Below, in pieces: positions 26,621-37,177 of a stretch of 64,000 nt of DNA. The notes under the pieces were generated by a model. It ran no database searches. It was given only the letters and a program-made list of their open reading frames with translations, and was not told the origin of the DNA. The DNA lies in contig JAMCUN010000009.1 in NCBI GenBank assembly GCA_023381415.1, forward strand, positions 26,616 to 90,615. The letters are read 5' to 3'. The stretch's first letter is position 1, and every line of letters starts with the position of its first letter. Both the position numbers and the translations under genes were made by a program. The DNA is from Thermoplasmatota archaeon. Its GTDB lineage: Archaea > Thermoplasmatota > Thermoplasmata > Thermoplasmatales > GCA-001856825.

Positions 26621-27400
26621 TTGAGGCGACCTTCATATTTGCCAGTGATAATCGCCCTAGCGGTAGGGATGTTGCTTGTCTCATCCTCATTTGTTCTATA
26701 TTCCCAATCGATGATGAAGCAGGGTGGGAGTGCGAGGGGAGACTCGATTCTAGTACCCCTTTACTCAGGGAATGCATCCCAGTTCGAGGAGGTCATTGGC
26801 ATCCGGGAAAGGTACGGAAACGTTCACGTCTTCGTCATAATAAACCCTGACAATGGTCCAGGGAATGCATCAGATCCGTCGCTGTACGGATGGGTTGACA
26901 GATCAGAGGTTTCGGGCATCACAGTCCTCGGGTACGTTTACACAGACTACGGTCAGAGAGCCACTGGAAGCATCCTGGAGGACATTCACAATTACACAAA
27001 ATGGTACAACATTCATGCCATATTTTTCGACGAAGTATCTGACAACGTTTCCCTTGAGCCATTCTATTCGAACCTCGTTGCTCAGAGCAGGCTTGTGGGG
27101 GTAAACTTCACCATAGGCAACCCGGGGGACTTCGTTCCTGGAGGCTACTTATCTATCTTCAACATCACAGTAATATACGAAAACCAGGGCTACCCTTCCC
27201 TGTCAGCACTGAGGACATACGGGCAGAACGAATCAAAGGGGAGACTGGCAGTCATAGCCTACGGTGTCCCCTTCTCTGCCTCGGAGATAGTGAGGATAGG
27301 GGAGATAGCCGGAGTGGACTATTTCAGCGACCAGTCACTTCCCGACCCTTACCAGAAGCTTTCATCATACATTCAGGAAATCGCATCTGCTTTCAACTGA
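26621..27400 (+). CDS. membrane-anchored Spherulin-4 family protein (GH135-related fold family)
   Basis: ILVPLY...VHVFVIINPDNGPG...ITVLGYVYTDYGQR...DIHNYTKWYNIHAIFFDE matches the Spherulin-4 family pattern. N-terminal signal anchor RRPSYLPVIIALAVGMLLV. TTG start. Confidence 0.65.
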   Translation: MRRPSYLPVIIALAVGMLLVSSSFVLYSQSMMKQGGSARGDSILVPLYSGNASQFEEVIGIRERYGNVHVFVIINPDNGPGNASDPSLYGWVDRSEVSGITVLGYVYTDYGQRATGSILEDIHNYTKWYNIHAIFFDEVSDNVSLEPFYSNLVAQSRLVGVNFTIGNPGDFVPGGYLSIFNITVIYENQGYPSLSALRTYGQNESKGRLAVIAYGVPFSASEIVRIGEIAGVDYFSDQSLPDPYQKLSSYIQEIASAFN

Positions 27401-27452
27401 ACAGGCTCTTCCACCCTCTCCAAATATATATAACAAATGAGAATGTGGAAGG

Positions 27453-27905
27453 GTGAAAGGGACAGATTTTGATTCTCTTTACAAGAGGTTCAGCAGTGAA
27501 CTTAAGGATCAGACCGGGGATATTGCTTCATTCGTGGTGAACTTCCTTAACAGTAACGTTCCCCACTACAACTGGGTTGGAATCTACGTGATAGAGGGGG
27601 ATGATCTAGTTCTGCGCGCATATTCAGGCCCGAAGGAAACAGAACATACAAGGATAAAGGTAGGGGACGGGATATGCGGACTCGCTGCAAAGGAGGAACT
27701 TACAGTCGTCGTTCCTGATGTCTCGAAGGATTCCAGGTACATAGCCTGCTTTCCAGAAACAAAGTCAGAGATCGTGGCACCCATTTTCAAGGACGGGAAG
27801 GTGACAGGGGAAATTGACATAGACAGCGATTACGTAGACCCATTCTCCAATCAGGACAAACATTTCCTCGACAGAATAATAAACTTAATAGGGAGAAGGA
27901 TATAA
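27453..27905 (+). CDS. GAF domain protein (free methionine-R-sulfoxide reductase-like)
   Basis: NWVGIYVIEGDDLVLRAY.GP......I.VGDGICGLAA....VVVPDV......IAC...KSEIVAPI..DGKV.GEIDIDS pattern of fRMsr/YebR-type GAF proteins. GTG start. Confidence 0.75.
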   Translation: MKGTDFDSLYKRFSSELKDQTGDIASFVVNFLNSNVPHYNWVGIYVIEGDDLVLRAYSGPKETEHTRIKVGDGICGLAAKEELTVVVPDVSKDSRYIACFPETKSEIVAPIFKDGKVTGEIDIDSDYVDPFSNQDKHFLDRIINLIGRRI

Positions 27906-27963
27906 CTGAAACGAGAGATTTGTGACAGTTTCAAGTATGATGAAGTACTCATCAGGTGGTTCA

Positions 27964-28155
27964 ATGTCGGATAAGAAATATTCCAAGTACGAGAAAGCCA
28001 GGATAGTTGGCGCAAGAGCCCTTCAGATTTCTATGGGGGCACCTATCATCATTGAGATTCCAAAGGAAGTAGTGGATCCACTCAGAATTGCCCTCCTGGA
28101 ATTCGAGAACGGGGCTATTCCAATGACTGTTAAAAGGAAAAAGAAGGCTAAGTAG
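27964..28155 (+). CDS. rpoK: DNA-directed RNA polymerase subunit K (Rpo6)
   Basis: [19 protein letters not shown]...[16 protein letters not shown] is the conserved Rpo6/omega-like core. ATG 27964 chosen. Confidence 0.85.
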   Translation: MSDKKYSKYEKARIVGARALQISMGAPIIIEIPKEVVDPLRIALLEFENGAIPMTVKRKKKAK

Positions 28156-28162
28156 GTAGATC

Positions 28163-28546
28163 ATGAAGAACTGGAGCGGGCACATAATATTCCCACAGAA
28201 TTTCGAATGGAAGCAGCTTGAGAAGAGCTTCAGGGGAATGATGGAACTGTTCTTCAAGGAAACGAACGAAATGGAGGATGAGCCTGATCACAGGGATGTG
28301 ATAATTATGCTCAACATGCAGGACATCAAGAAGAACAGGAAACCTGAGGGATATACGAGAGAAGGGAAACTGAGGATGATCTTCCCCCTTGGAAAGAAGG
28401 AGATATCGATACTTGCTCCCCTTCCGGAGACTTATGTCAGGGATGTCACGGAGGATATCAGCAAATACCTGATATCCAAGAAGATCAGGCACGTCCTGGA
28501 ATTTGACCAGATGAAGTATACTGCCTACAGGAAGAAGAGGAAGTAG
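28163..28546 (+). CDS. hypothetical protein (127 aa), co-oriented 8 nt after rpoK
   Basis: K/E-rich composition typical of this genome, basic tail YRKKRK. The antisense ORF 28148..28492 looks less protein-like. No family recognised. Confidence 0.45.
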   Translation: MKNWSGHIIFPQNFEWKQLEKSFRGMMELFFKETNEMEDEPDHRDVIIMLNMQDIKKNRKPEGYTREGKLRMIFPLGKKEISILAPLPETYVRDVTEDISKYLISKKIRHVLEFDQMKYTAYRKKRK

Positions 28547-28613
28547 GCCTGCAGTTGATGCTTCTTCATTTTAATGCAACTTGCTTCTAAATGACCAGGT
28601 AAGGGAGAACTGG

Positions 28614-29756
28614 TCACTCGTTAAGGAATTCGACTATCCTGGAGGCGCCTTCTTCCAGTTCCTTGTCAGATAGAGCGAAGGAGAGCCTGACCCTGTTGAT
28701 TCCTGACGGGCCGAAGCCTGAGCCTGGAGTGACAAGGACCTTCTTCTTGTCCAGGAGCGATGCTGAGAACTCCTCACCTGTCATCCCGTTCTTTAGGAGA
28801 GGGAATGCGTAGAATGTACCTGCCGGTTTTTTGAAGTCTAACCTGTCACTCCTTGATAGAATTGAATGGAGAATGTCCCTCCTCTTTCTAAAAATCTCCC
28901 TCTGCCTTGCGGGGAAATCCTGTTCATCCATCGCCTTTAGGGCTGCGTACTGCGACACGGATGATGCGCATGTGAGCGTCTGTTGCTGGTAAGAATCTAT
29001 ATATGTCGTAAATTCCGGAGGAGAAATCAGGTATCCTATCCTCCAGCCAGTCATCGCGTGACTCTTTGACATCCCGTTTATGACGAAAACCCTTTCCTCC
29101 ATACCTGGGAAAGAGAGAGGGGAGATGTGCTTTCCTTCGTAGATTATCATCTCGTATATCTCGTCAGATGTGATGTAGAGCTTGTAGTCAGATGCTATTT
29201 CTGTCAACCCTTTCATGTCCTGATATGAAGCAACCCATCCGTGGGGGTTGGATGGGGAGTTTATCAGGACCATCCTGGTTTTGTCGTCTATCTTCTCCTT
29301 CAGGTCCTCCAGGTCAGGGCTCCCATCTTCCCTGGATTTGAAATACCTCGGAACACCGCCTGCAATCTTTATGATCTCTGGATACGAAACAAAGCTCGGA
29401 TCCTGTATGAGGACGTTTTCACCCGGCTCTATGACTGCCTGTACTGCCAGGTTTATTGCAAATTTCGCTATAGTTACTATAACGTCCCTGCTCCTGATTT
29501 CCTTTCCTGTCATTAGCTGATATTTCCCAGCAATCTTCTCCCTCAGTTCCTTTATGCCAAGGGAAGATGTGTAATGTGTCTTCCCCTCCCTTGCCTTCTG
29601 TGCCGCATAGTCTATGACGGTCTGTGGTGTTGTTGCATCGGGTTCCCCCACTCCAAAGGAAATTGCGTTCTCACCTTTCTCCTTCAACTCTGAGAATTTG
29701 TTGTTCAGCGACACAGTCGGTGATGGCATAACCGCTTTGAATCTAGACGAGACCAT
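28614..29756 (-). CDS. class I/II (aspartate-type) aminotransferase
   Basis: NSPSNPHGW, PLP-lysine block MSKSHAMTGWRIGY, and C-terminal RLSFA. Confidence 0.85.
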   Translation of the reverse strand: MVSSRFKAVMPSPTVSLNNKFSELKEKGENAISFGVGEPDATTPQTVIDYAAQKAREGKTHYTSSLGIKELREKIAGKYQLMTGKEIRSRDVIVTIAKFAINLAVQAVIEPGENVLIQDPSFVSYPEIIKIAGGVPRYFKSREDGSPDLEDLKEKIDDKTRMVLINSPSNPHGWVASYQDMKGLTEIASDYKLYITSDEIYEMIIYEGKHISPLSFPGMEERVFVINGMSKSHAMTGWRIGYLISPPEFTTYIDSYQQQTLTCASSVSQYAALKAMDEQDFPARQREIFRKRRDILHSILSRSDRLDFKKPAGTFYAFPLLKNGMTGEEFSASLLDKKKVLVTPGSGFGPSGINRVRLSFALSDKELEEGASRIVEFLNE

Positions 29757-30192
29757 TTTGAGAAGTGAACTACATTACTCTATAAAGAAGTGACGCTTTA
29801 TCCTTATTTTTTAAGGATATGGCAGTGGATACATCAAGACCAGTATATGGATGTTAAATGTGAATCATCCACCAGAAACCTTGCACAAACTTCTGACAAT
29901 TACATACAGTCAGAAAGTCACTGGACCAAGCAACCCACAACCTTGAAATAACCCTCTTGGAAAGAGTAGAAAAGTCAATCTTTCTCATTTGCAACTCTCT
30001 CTCAAATGCCTGAGACCTGAAATTTTCCACGGAAGGTGGCCTTCCTGATAAAGATAGATTCATTTAGTTGATGAGGCCTCTCATCTAAAACCTTATAAAT
30101 TGGGAAAAAATATTCTTTTTAGGTTGAATTTAGAAGATTTATTTTCCTAAATTCTTCAATTAGAGCTATCAAATTGCCATTATTTATACTGA

Positions 30193-31650
30193 TTGTACCA
30201 TAAGCAACTCGTGCAGTCCTCTGAAGAGTCTAACAAGCTTAGAAAGGGGGCTATTGGGATCTGGCAGGGAATTTTTCAATCTGTATCCTATATAGCTCCA
30301 GCAGGCGACGTTGCAATATTGTTGGTCGGAACTTTTGCATTTGCCCTTCAGTTTTCCACGATAAGCGTGATCTTGGGATGGCTTATTTACGGTATAATGA
30401 TGATTGTTCCCTACAAATTCTCCAAGAAACTGGCAACTGCAGGTTCATACTATTCATACGCCGCCAGTAGCGGAGACGGAGGAATATGGGGAATAATGAC
30501 AGAACTTCCGTGGTTCTTTGACCAGTTTACTGGGGAATCATTCGCAATTCTTGGACTTGCTTCGTTCATTGCCCTGATATTCCCTTCGGTATTCTATTAC
30601 GTCTGGGTCCCCATTGCAATATTTGTCGCACTTTTTGGCCTTGTACTGCCATACCTTGGAATTAAGCTGTCCCTGAACTACGCGCTCTATACTGGTATGG
30701 CAGAGATTCTGTTCCTAATAATAGGAGCCGTCATAGTTATATTGAGAGTTGGATCCTCTCATCTATCGGTCCAGCCATTCACCATTCCAGCTGCTCTGAT
30801 AGGGCCCATCATGTTTGGTACAATATTTTCGATTGTGGACTTCATCGGACTTGGCTCTGTTACAACTACGTCAGAGGAAATCACCAAACCCAGGAAACAT
30901 ATCAGAAACTCATTGTTTTTTGCATGGCTTCTGGCCGGAGTAACCCTGATTCCTGCGACGTATGCTTTGACTGTTGGCTGGGGAATAGGAAACATAGCGA
31001 GCTATGCTGTTTCTCCTGACCCAGGACTGATCGTTTTTGGAAAGTTTTTGGGACCGATAGGGGCAGGCCTCATGATCATATTTACAGCTAACAGTTACCT
31101 CGACTATTCAGTGGCGAAAGTGAACGCTACAAACAGAGTATGGTATACCATGGCGAAGAATAAATTCGTCTTCCCTAGGTTTATGTCAAAGCTGAACAAG
31201 CACGGTGTCCCCGGAAACTCCATGATTGTCAACACGAGCGTAATCCTGATTCTCTCCCTGATTGCAGGCTTCATTTTGGGACCGGCATATGGTGCACTTG
31301 TTTTCCTAACCGCAATTGGAATAGGGTCGATATTTGTCCACCTGTTTATGAACGTTGCTTTTATACGATTCACTCAAAAGAACAAAACGAGAGAATCCCT
31401 GGTAAACTACGCCGCATCCATTGGAGGCATAATAGCTGCTCTTGCAATCATCACTGTATCATCCTATTCCACAGTGACAACCTATTTTGCATCTCCGTCT
31501 GTGTTAAATGCAGCTTACATGGGAGCAGTCATATTTGCATTGATATGGTCAGCGGTTATAGGCCCGATATTCGCAATATATCTGAAACACAGGAAGTCAG
31601 ATGTCCTGAAAAACTCGGCCTTGGTTCCAAGCGACGTGGAAGAGGATTGA
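30193..31650 (+). CDS. APC superfamily amino-acid permease
   Basis: About 12 TM segments with APC-like overall pattern. TTG start; the true start may be slightly downstream. The stop abuts the adh ATG with no spacer. Confidence 0.75.
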   Translation: MYHKQLVQSSEESNKLRKGAIGIWQGIFQSVSYIAPAGDVAILLVGTFAFALQFSTISVILGWLIYGIMMIVPYKFSKKLATAGSYYSYAASSGDGGIWGIMTELPWFFDQFTGESFAILGLASFIALIFPSVFYYVWVPIAIFVALFGLVLPYLGIKLSLNYALYTGMAEILFLIIGAVIVILRVGSSHLSVQPFTIPAALIGPIMFGTIFSIVDFIGLGSVTTTSEEITKPRKHIRNSLFFAWLLAGVTLIPATYALTVGWGIGNIASYAVSPDPGLIVFGKFLGPIGAGLMIIFTANSYLDYSVAKVNATNRVWYTMAKNKFVFPRFMSKLNKHGVPGNSMIVNTSVILILSLIAGFILGPAYGALVFLTAIGIGSIFVHLFMNVAFIRFTQKNKTRESLVNYAASIGGIIAALAIITVSSYSTVTTYFASPSVLNAAYMGAVIFALIWSAVIGPIFAIYLKHRKSDVLKNSALVPSDVEED

Positions 31651-32691
31651 ATGAAGGCAGCCAGACTAGAGTCTGTGGGAAAACCCTTAAAGCTCATGGA
31701 CATAGATACTCCGCCTGTTCCTAAGAAAGGTGCACTTGTCAGAGTCAAGGCAGCAGGCGTATGCCACAGTGATGTTCACCTGAGAGATGGAGGATACGGC
31801 AAAATAGACATCGTTAAGGATTTAGGAGCAAAGCTCCCAATAACACTAGGACATGAGATTGCTGGAATAGTGGAAGAAGTTGGTGAGGATGTGAGGGGGC
31901 TGTCTTCTGGAGACAGGGTGGTGGTTAACCCGTGGATAGGAGATGGAACCTGCAAATACTGTCTGTCAGGACTCACCAATCTATGCGACAGCCCGGTAAA
32001 TCTGGGTGAGAACACCGATGGAGGGTATGCCGAGCTTGTTGCAGTACCTGACTCTTCATACATTGCAAAAACAGGGTTGAGCTTCTCGGATGCAGCGCCG
32101 CTATCGTGCTCTGGACTTACCGTCTTTTCTGCGCTTAAAAAGGCGAGCTTGAATCCTTCTATGGTTTTGCTTCTAGTGGGGGCGGGAGGAGGCTTGGGCT
32201 CGATGGCAGTACAGCTTGGCAAACTTCTGGGAGCTCCCACGATTATAGGGGTAGATACGAACACTAAGGCGCTAAATCTCGCAAAGAGTCTGGGAGCTGA
32301 CATAACGCTAAATGTGAACGATCCGGACTTTGAAAAGGAAATCAAATCGACAACAGATGGTTACGGACCAGATGTGATAGTTGATTTTAACTCTTCGACC
32401 CAGACCCTGTCTAAGTTTATCCCACTCCTTGCAAAAGGAGGAAGATACATTATGGTTGGATTGTACGGAGGAAGATTGGAGTACGACACTCCAAATCTGA
32501 TAAATTACCAAAAGCAGATTTCAACCAGCGTGGTCGGCACTCTAAAGGAATTCAGGGAACTGATTGCGCTCTCTGATAAGAAATATCTAAAGTCGACGGT
32601 AACAAGCTTGTTCAAGCTGGGTGACGTAAACAAAGCCATTGACAACCTTAAAAAGGGGACAGCTCAGGGGAGACAAATAGTAGAAATCTAG
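31651..32691 (+). CDS. adh: zinc-dependent alcohol dehydrogenase (MDR family)
   Basis: GVCHSDVHL, GHEIAGIVEEVG, structural-zinc Cys cluster CKYCLSGLTNLC, Rossmann GAGGGLG. Confidence 0.9.
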   Translation: MKAARLESVGKPLKLMDIDTPPVPKKGALVRVKAAGVCHSDVHLRDGGYGKIDIVKDLGAKLPITLGHEIAGIVEEVGEDVRGLSSGDRVVVNPWIGDGTCKYCLSGLTNLCDSPVNLGENTDGGYAELVAVPDSSYIAKTGLSFSDAAPLSCSGLTVFSALKKASLNPSMVLLLVGAGGGLGSMAVQLGKLLGAPTIIGVDTNTKALNLAKSLGADITLNVNDPDFEKEIKSTTDGYGPDVIVDFNSSTQTLSKFIPLLAKGGRYIMVGLYGGRLEYDTPNLINYQKQISTSVVGTLKEFRELIALSDKKYLKSTVTSLFKLGDVNKAIDNLKKGTAQGRQIVEI

Positions 32692-32875
32692 GGGCTTAAT
32701 TATGATCAATTAAAGTTTTGAACATCATAAAGAGAGGTGATTCCAATCTCTCTTCGGTAGAGTTTTGCTGCCCACTTGCAGCTGTTTTGATGCAGACCGC
32801 ATTTTCCCGTAACATCGATACTTCCTTGATATATATGAGTGGTTTCGTTAAGCGTAATTTAAATTTTGGCGCTGA

Positions 32876-34045
32876 TCATTTTCTATGGGTCGGCGGGTTC
32901 CTCCTGAAGGATTGTATCCTCTTCCCATCAATCGATGCTGGAAATTTCGTGAATAGCATTTCTTTACCCCTTACATTCCTCCTTTCTATGAAGGATGAAA
33001 GACTCATTTCATTCATGACATCAGTCAGCCGGTTTATTGGGGCAACGGGGATTGATCTTCCGTTGAATATTCTTATCCACTGACTTGCACGTTTTTGAAT
33101 CATTATTTGCTCAAGAAGAGGAATCAGCTCGTCCCTGTGCTTAACCCTTTGTTCATTAGTCCTGAAACGCTCGTCGTTTACTAGGTCGGGTCTGTTTATG
33201 GCAGCGCAGAATCTGCCCCATTGATTGTTGTTCGCAACGGCAATGATCAGCTTCCTGTCCTTAGTGTCAAAGGGTTGGTATGGTACAATCCCGGGGTGAG
33301 CAGTTCCAGCTGGTTTAGGATTTTCTCCAGTTGCCGCAAGATATCCAAACAGAAATGGCATAGAATAGATTGCGCTTCCAATGAGTGGTATGTCCACCCT
33401 GGTGCCACCCCTCTCCCCCCTTTTCGCTGAGGAGTAGAGGTAGGCCAGAATTGTTGTAGCGCAAAGATATGCAGTGTAGATATCTACGGTTGAATTGCCT
33501 ATTCTAGCCAGATTATTTTCATCCATCCCCGTGACGCTCATCAAGCCGGATTCACCCTGCATCAGTATGTCGTATCCAGGCAAGCTGGCTCGCTTTCCCT
33601 CCCTTCCGTATCCTGAAATAGTCACGTAAATGATTTTTCCATTCTTCGATCTTATGGTATCATATCCTACTCCCAGCTCCTCCTCCACTCTCGGCAGGAA
33701 ATTGTGAATGAAGACATCAGATTTCCTTATTAGAGAATAGAGCCTCTCTCTACCATTTCTTTCCTTCAGATTCAGGAATAGAACCTTCTTGTTCCTGTTT
33801 ATTGAAAGGTAGTACGAACTTTCCCTGCCGATAAGGGGCTGGTAATATCTAGTTTCATCCCCCTTTTCCCTGTCTTCTACCCTTATAACCTCGGCTCCAA
33901 GATCGGATAGGAGCATTGAGCAAAACGGGCCCGCAAGCACTCGCGATGCGTCCAGAATCTTCACTCCTTCTAGCGGGAGATTGACCTTTGAATGGTTGCC
34001 CTTATTCCTGCTCCCTCCCTTCCTTCGCTTTACATCTGAGTTCAA
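32876..34045 (-). CDS. family III CoA-transferase (CaiB/BaiF/formyl-CoA transferase type)
   Basis: N-terminal signature LEGVKILDASRVLAGPFCSMLLSDLGAEVIRVE. Length 389 aa. Confidence 0.85.
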   Translation of the reverse strand: MNSDVKRRKGGSRNKGNHSKVNLPLEGVKILDASRVLAGPFCSMLLSDLGAEVIRVEDREKGDETRYYQPLIGRESSYYLSINRNKKVLFLNLKERNGRERLYSLIRKSDVFIHNFLPRVEEELGVGYDTIRSKNGKIIYVTISGYGREGKRASLPGYDILMQGESGLMSVTGMDENNLARIGNSTVDIYTAYLCATTILAYLYSSAKRGERGGTRVDIPLIGSAIYSMPFLFGYLAATGENPKPAGTAHPGIVPYQPFDTKDRKLIIAVANNNQWGRFCAAINRPDLVNDERFRTNEQRVKHRDELIPLLEQIMIQKRASQWIRIFNGRSIPVAPINRLTDVMNEMSLSSFIERRNVRGKEMLFTKFPASIDGKRIQSFRRNPPTHRK

Positions 34046-34064
34046 GGTTTCCTCAATCGTATTT

Positions 34065-35570
34065 CTACTCAGAAGGCTGATCTCCGTATATCTGGTAGTA
34101 CCAGCTCTTTCTCGCCTGACCGGTCAGGTCAACGTAAACGTGCTTGACGGTGGTGAATTCCTCCAGCGAGTATTTTGAGGTTGAAGCGCCGTAACCTGAC
34201 TTCTTCATCGGGGACCACGGCATTTCCGAAGGGATAGGTGCGTGGTCGTTCACCCAAACTGTCCCAAACCTCAGGTCCCTGGCAGCCATCATTGCTGTCC
34301 TCAGATCCCTTGTCCACACGGAAGAAGCAAGTCCATAGAGGACGTCGTTCGCCTTCTCTATTACTTCATCGTACGTCTTGAATCTAAGAAGAACTGGGAC
34401 AGGCCCGAATATCTCCTCCTGAACGATGCGTGCCTTGTTGTTTTCTGTAGAGAACAGTGCAGGCCTCAGGAAGAACCCCTTTTCCAGTCCGCTTGTTCCA
34501 CCCTCATAAAGTATATCAGCCTCCTTCTTCCCAATCTCAATATAATCCATCACCTTTGTCTTCTGCTCTTTCGAAATCATCGGTCCGAGATCTGTCTTCG
34601 GATTCGTCGGGTCACCGACCCTTACCCTGCTCAGCTTCTCCACCATCAGCTTCCTGAACTTATCGAACACGCCTTCCTGGACGTATATTCTTGTTGCTGC
34701 CCCGCAGTCCTGTCCGTTGTTAATGAGTCCTCCTACGACTGCCCCTTCCGTTGCTGCTTCCAGGTCAGCGTCGTCAAACACTATGAAAGGTGCCTTTCCT
34801 CCGAGTTCGAGTGAAAGCCTCTTCACAGAGTCAGATGCCAGACTGGATATCCTCTTCCCTACTTCATTAGAGCCAGTGAATGCAACCATGTCAACACTCT
34901 CACTCCTTGCCAATTCCTCACCAACAGCGGCTCCAGATCCTGTGACTACGTTGAAAACCCCCTTCGGTATCCCTGCCTTCTTCACCGCATTGGCCATCTC
35001 CAGTGCCGTCAGTGGAGTGTAGCTTGCGGGCTTAACAACTACAGTGTTTCCTGCAGCAATGGCAGGTATAGCCCTCCACCCAACCATCATCAACGGATAA
35101 TTCCAAGGTGTTATCGCCGCAACCACTCCCACCGGCTCCCTCCTCAGCATGCTTGTCCCGTCCTGAACGTATTCCTTTGCAGCAATACCCTCTATCAGCC
35201 TTGTTGCACCTGCGAAGAACCTCAGGTTGTCTATTGTGTATGCAATGTCGTAATCAACCACCTGCTTGACTGCCTTTCCTGTATTCTGGAGCTCTATTTC
35301 GCCGTACCTAAGCATATTCTCCTCGACTATCCTTGCCAGCTTCATTATGAGCTCTGCCCTTGAAGCCGGAGGCATCCTCGGCCAGGGACCAGAATCGAAC
35401 GCTGTCCTGGCCGCATCTATCGCTGCCCTCACATCATCCCTTCCACCCTTCTGTATCCTAGCTATTGCCTGTTCGTTTGCAGGATTGATAACGTCCTGTT
35501 CCTCCCCCTTCTTTGACTTTACCCATTCGTTGTCGATGAATAAATCGTAACTCTTCATGTGTTCCCCCAT
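34065..35570 (-). CDS. NAD(P)-dependent aldehyde dehydrogenase
   Basis: ELGGKAP (catalytic Glu), NNGQDCGAATR (catalytic Cys), EEIFGPV, ITPWNYPL. Confidence 0.9.
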   Translation of the reverse strand: MGEHMKSYDLFIDNEWVKSKKGEEQDVINPANEQAIARIQKGGRDDVRAAIDAARTAFDSGPWPRMPPASRAELIMKLARIVEENMLRYGEIELQNTGKAVKQVVDYDIAYTIDNLRFFAGATRLIEGIAAKEYVQDGTSMLRREPVGVVAAITPWNYPLMMVGWRAIPAIAAGNTVVVKPASYTPLTALEMANAVKKAGIPKGVFNVVTGSGAAVGEELARSESVDMVAFTGSNEVGKRISSLASDSVKRLSLELGGKAPFIVFDDADLEAATEGAVVGGLINNGQDCGAATRIYVQEGVFDKFRKLMVEKLSRVRVGDPTNPKTDLGPMISKEQKTKVMDYIEIGKKEADILYEGGTSGLEKGFFLRPALFSTENNKARIVQEEIFGPVPVLLRFKTYDEVIEKANDVLYGLASSVWTRDLRTAMMAARDLRFGTVWVNDHAPIPSEMPWSPMKKSGYGASTSKYSLEEFTTVKHVYVDLTGQARKSWYYQIYGDQPSE

Positions 35571-35953
35571 GACTTATACTCGATCTAAGGATAAAATTTC
35601 TCACCTTATTTCCCCTCCCATGATCAAGGAGAAAATAAGTGCATTATACCTTGGCAATTGGTAAATTATTTCGTCGATGAACCTTGAGGAGATGCGATAT
35701 GCGATCCACTGTTGAAAGCATCTTCGACTGCATTTTCTAGCAGCATATTCCATTGGTAACTCCGCATTCAAGCTACTTCAATTTCTGTGTTCCATCCAAC
35801 CATCTTTCGTTCTAATCAAGAAACAGTTTGAATATCATTTGCAGCAACTGAAATGACCGCGTTTAAGAGATATGGATCATCTACCATTCTTTGCCTGCCA
35901 AAGGAATTCAGCTGCCCTTAATCACTGGCTAATTCCTTGGAAAACTTATAGGG

Positions 35954-36997
35954 ATGCCCACGATCTCGGTGACGATGCAGAGAAGTGTTTTTAGTCTCTT
36001 CTGTTCGGAATGGTTCGGCATCTCAATCTCAACCCTTGCCCTTGCCCAACTTTACATTCTTCTATCCCAAGAGTTTCATTTGGAGTTCTTGGGACTTATA
36101 GCAGAATTCCTCTCAATCTCGGGCATTTCTATTTTCCTGTTGGTATTGGTACTGTGGATATCCAGGTCCATCACCCTCAGGGATGGTACATTTTCGCACT
36201 GGAACAACATGACGAGGCTCAGTTTTACTGCGCTCATCCCAATTATAGGATTTGTGGGAAATTATCAGCTGATCTATTTCTTCGGCCTTTCAGGTACAAC
36301 AGCGTACTTTTCGACAGTAAATTTTTATGCCGAGTACGTCCTTGCCCTGGGACTAGGGGTGACTCTCGGTTACAGGCTGTATACCAAGGAGATAGACCCC
36401 AAGGAGATCAGTTACGCGATAGTCATACCCCCTCTTGCAATAGGCACAGGCGTCTTCCTCGCAGGAACACTGATGAAGTATTACGGAGGAGTAGAGGAGC
36501 AGGCGATGTACTTCCTTGTCCTGATGGGACTGGGCATATTCTTCTTCCTTTTCGTGTTCATAGGCTCACTCGCCCTTGCAGGGCATGTATCTACCAAAGT
36601 TCATGAAACAATGCCAACAACAATGCTGCCTGTTGGAATTGCAAGTCTCATAATCATAAACCTGTTCTCCCTATCGGGTTTCGGAAAGGTGGACGAGCTT
36701 TTCATCGGATTGCAATCCGTCGAATGGGTCTCAGTCCTTCTCTGGGGTTTCGAGGTCTGGAATTTCCTTGTGGTGATGATACTGATGTTAACCCGTCCTG
36801 TGAAGGGGACTCTTGGCGCATGGGCATACGGATTTCCTCTCGGATTGTTTGCAACTTCAACTGTCAGGATACTTGCTGTCACCCATTTCACCCCACTTCT
36901 GTGGGTTTTTGTAGCTATTGCCGTGATATTCAACATTCTGTGGGTATATGCCTGGATTAACACTGGAATATTCATAAGAAGGTCAATATCATCTTGA
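35954..36997 (+). CDS. 10-TM membrane transporter, tentatively TDT/SLAC1 (TehA/Mae1) family
   Basis: About 10 evenly spaced TM segments, 347 aa. The family guess rests on size and topology only. Confidence 0.45.
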   Translation: MPTISVTMQRSVFSLFCSEWFGISISTLALAQLYILLSQEFHLEFLGLIAEFLSISGISIFLLVLVLWISRSITLRDGTFSHWNNMTRLSFTALIPIIGFVGNYQLIYFFGLSGTTAYFSTVNFYAEYVLALGLGVTLGYRLYTKEIDPKEISYAIVIPPLAIGTGVFLAGTLMKYYGGVEEQAMYFLVLMGLGIFFFLFVFIGSLALAGHVSTKVHETMPTTMLPVGIASLIIINLFSLSGFGKVDELFIGLQSVEWVSVLLWGFEVWNFLVVMILMLTRPVKGTLGAWAYGFPLGLFATSTVRILAVTHFTPLLWVFVAIAVIFNILWVYAWINTGIFIRRSISS

Positions 36998-37177
36998 GAT
37001 GATACCCTTCACCAACTGGAAACATTAACCTGGACGGCTTCTATATTCAGGCCTATTAATGCCTGATGCTCGTCTATCGGCAAGAAGAAATGACCGTCCT
37101 CCGATTTTATCAATTCATATATTGGATCAAGGTGCTTCGATTTTGGCACATATCCCAAGAAAAGGTAAATAATCCAA

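Noticed and set aside
26460-26777. Longer 372-aa version of the Nop5 ORF
   Set aside because: The extra 106 codons overlap the divergent Spherulin-4 gene start and read as non-protein-like sequence. The conserved Nop5 sequence begins after ATG 26459.
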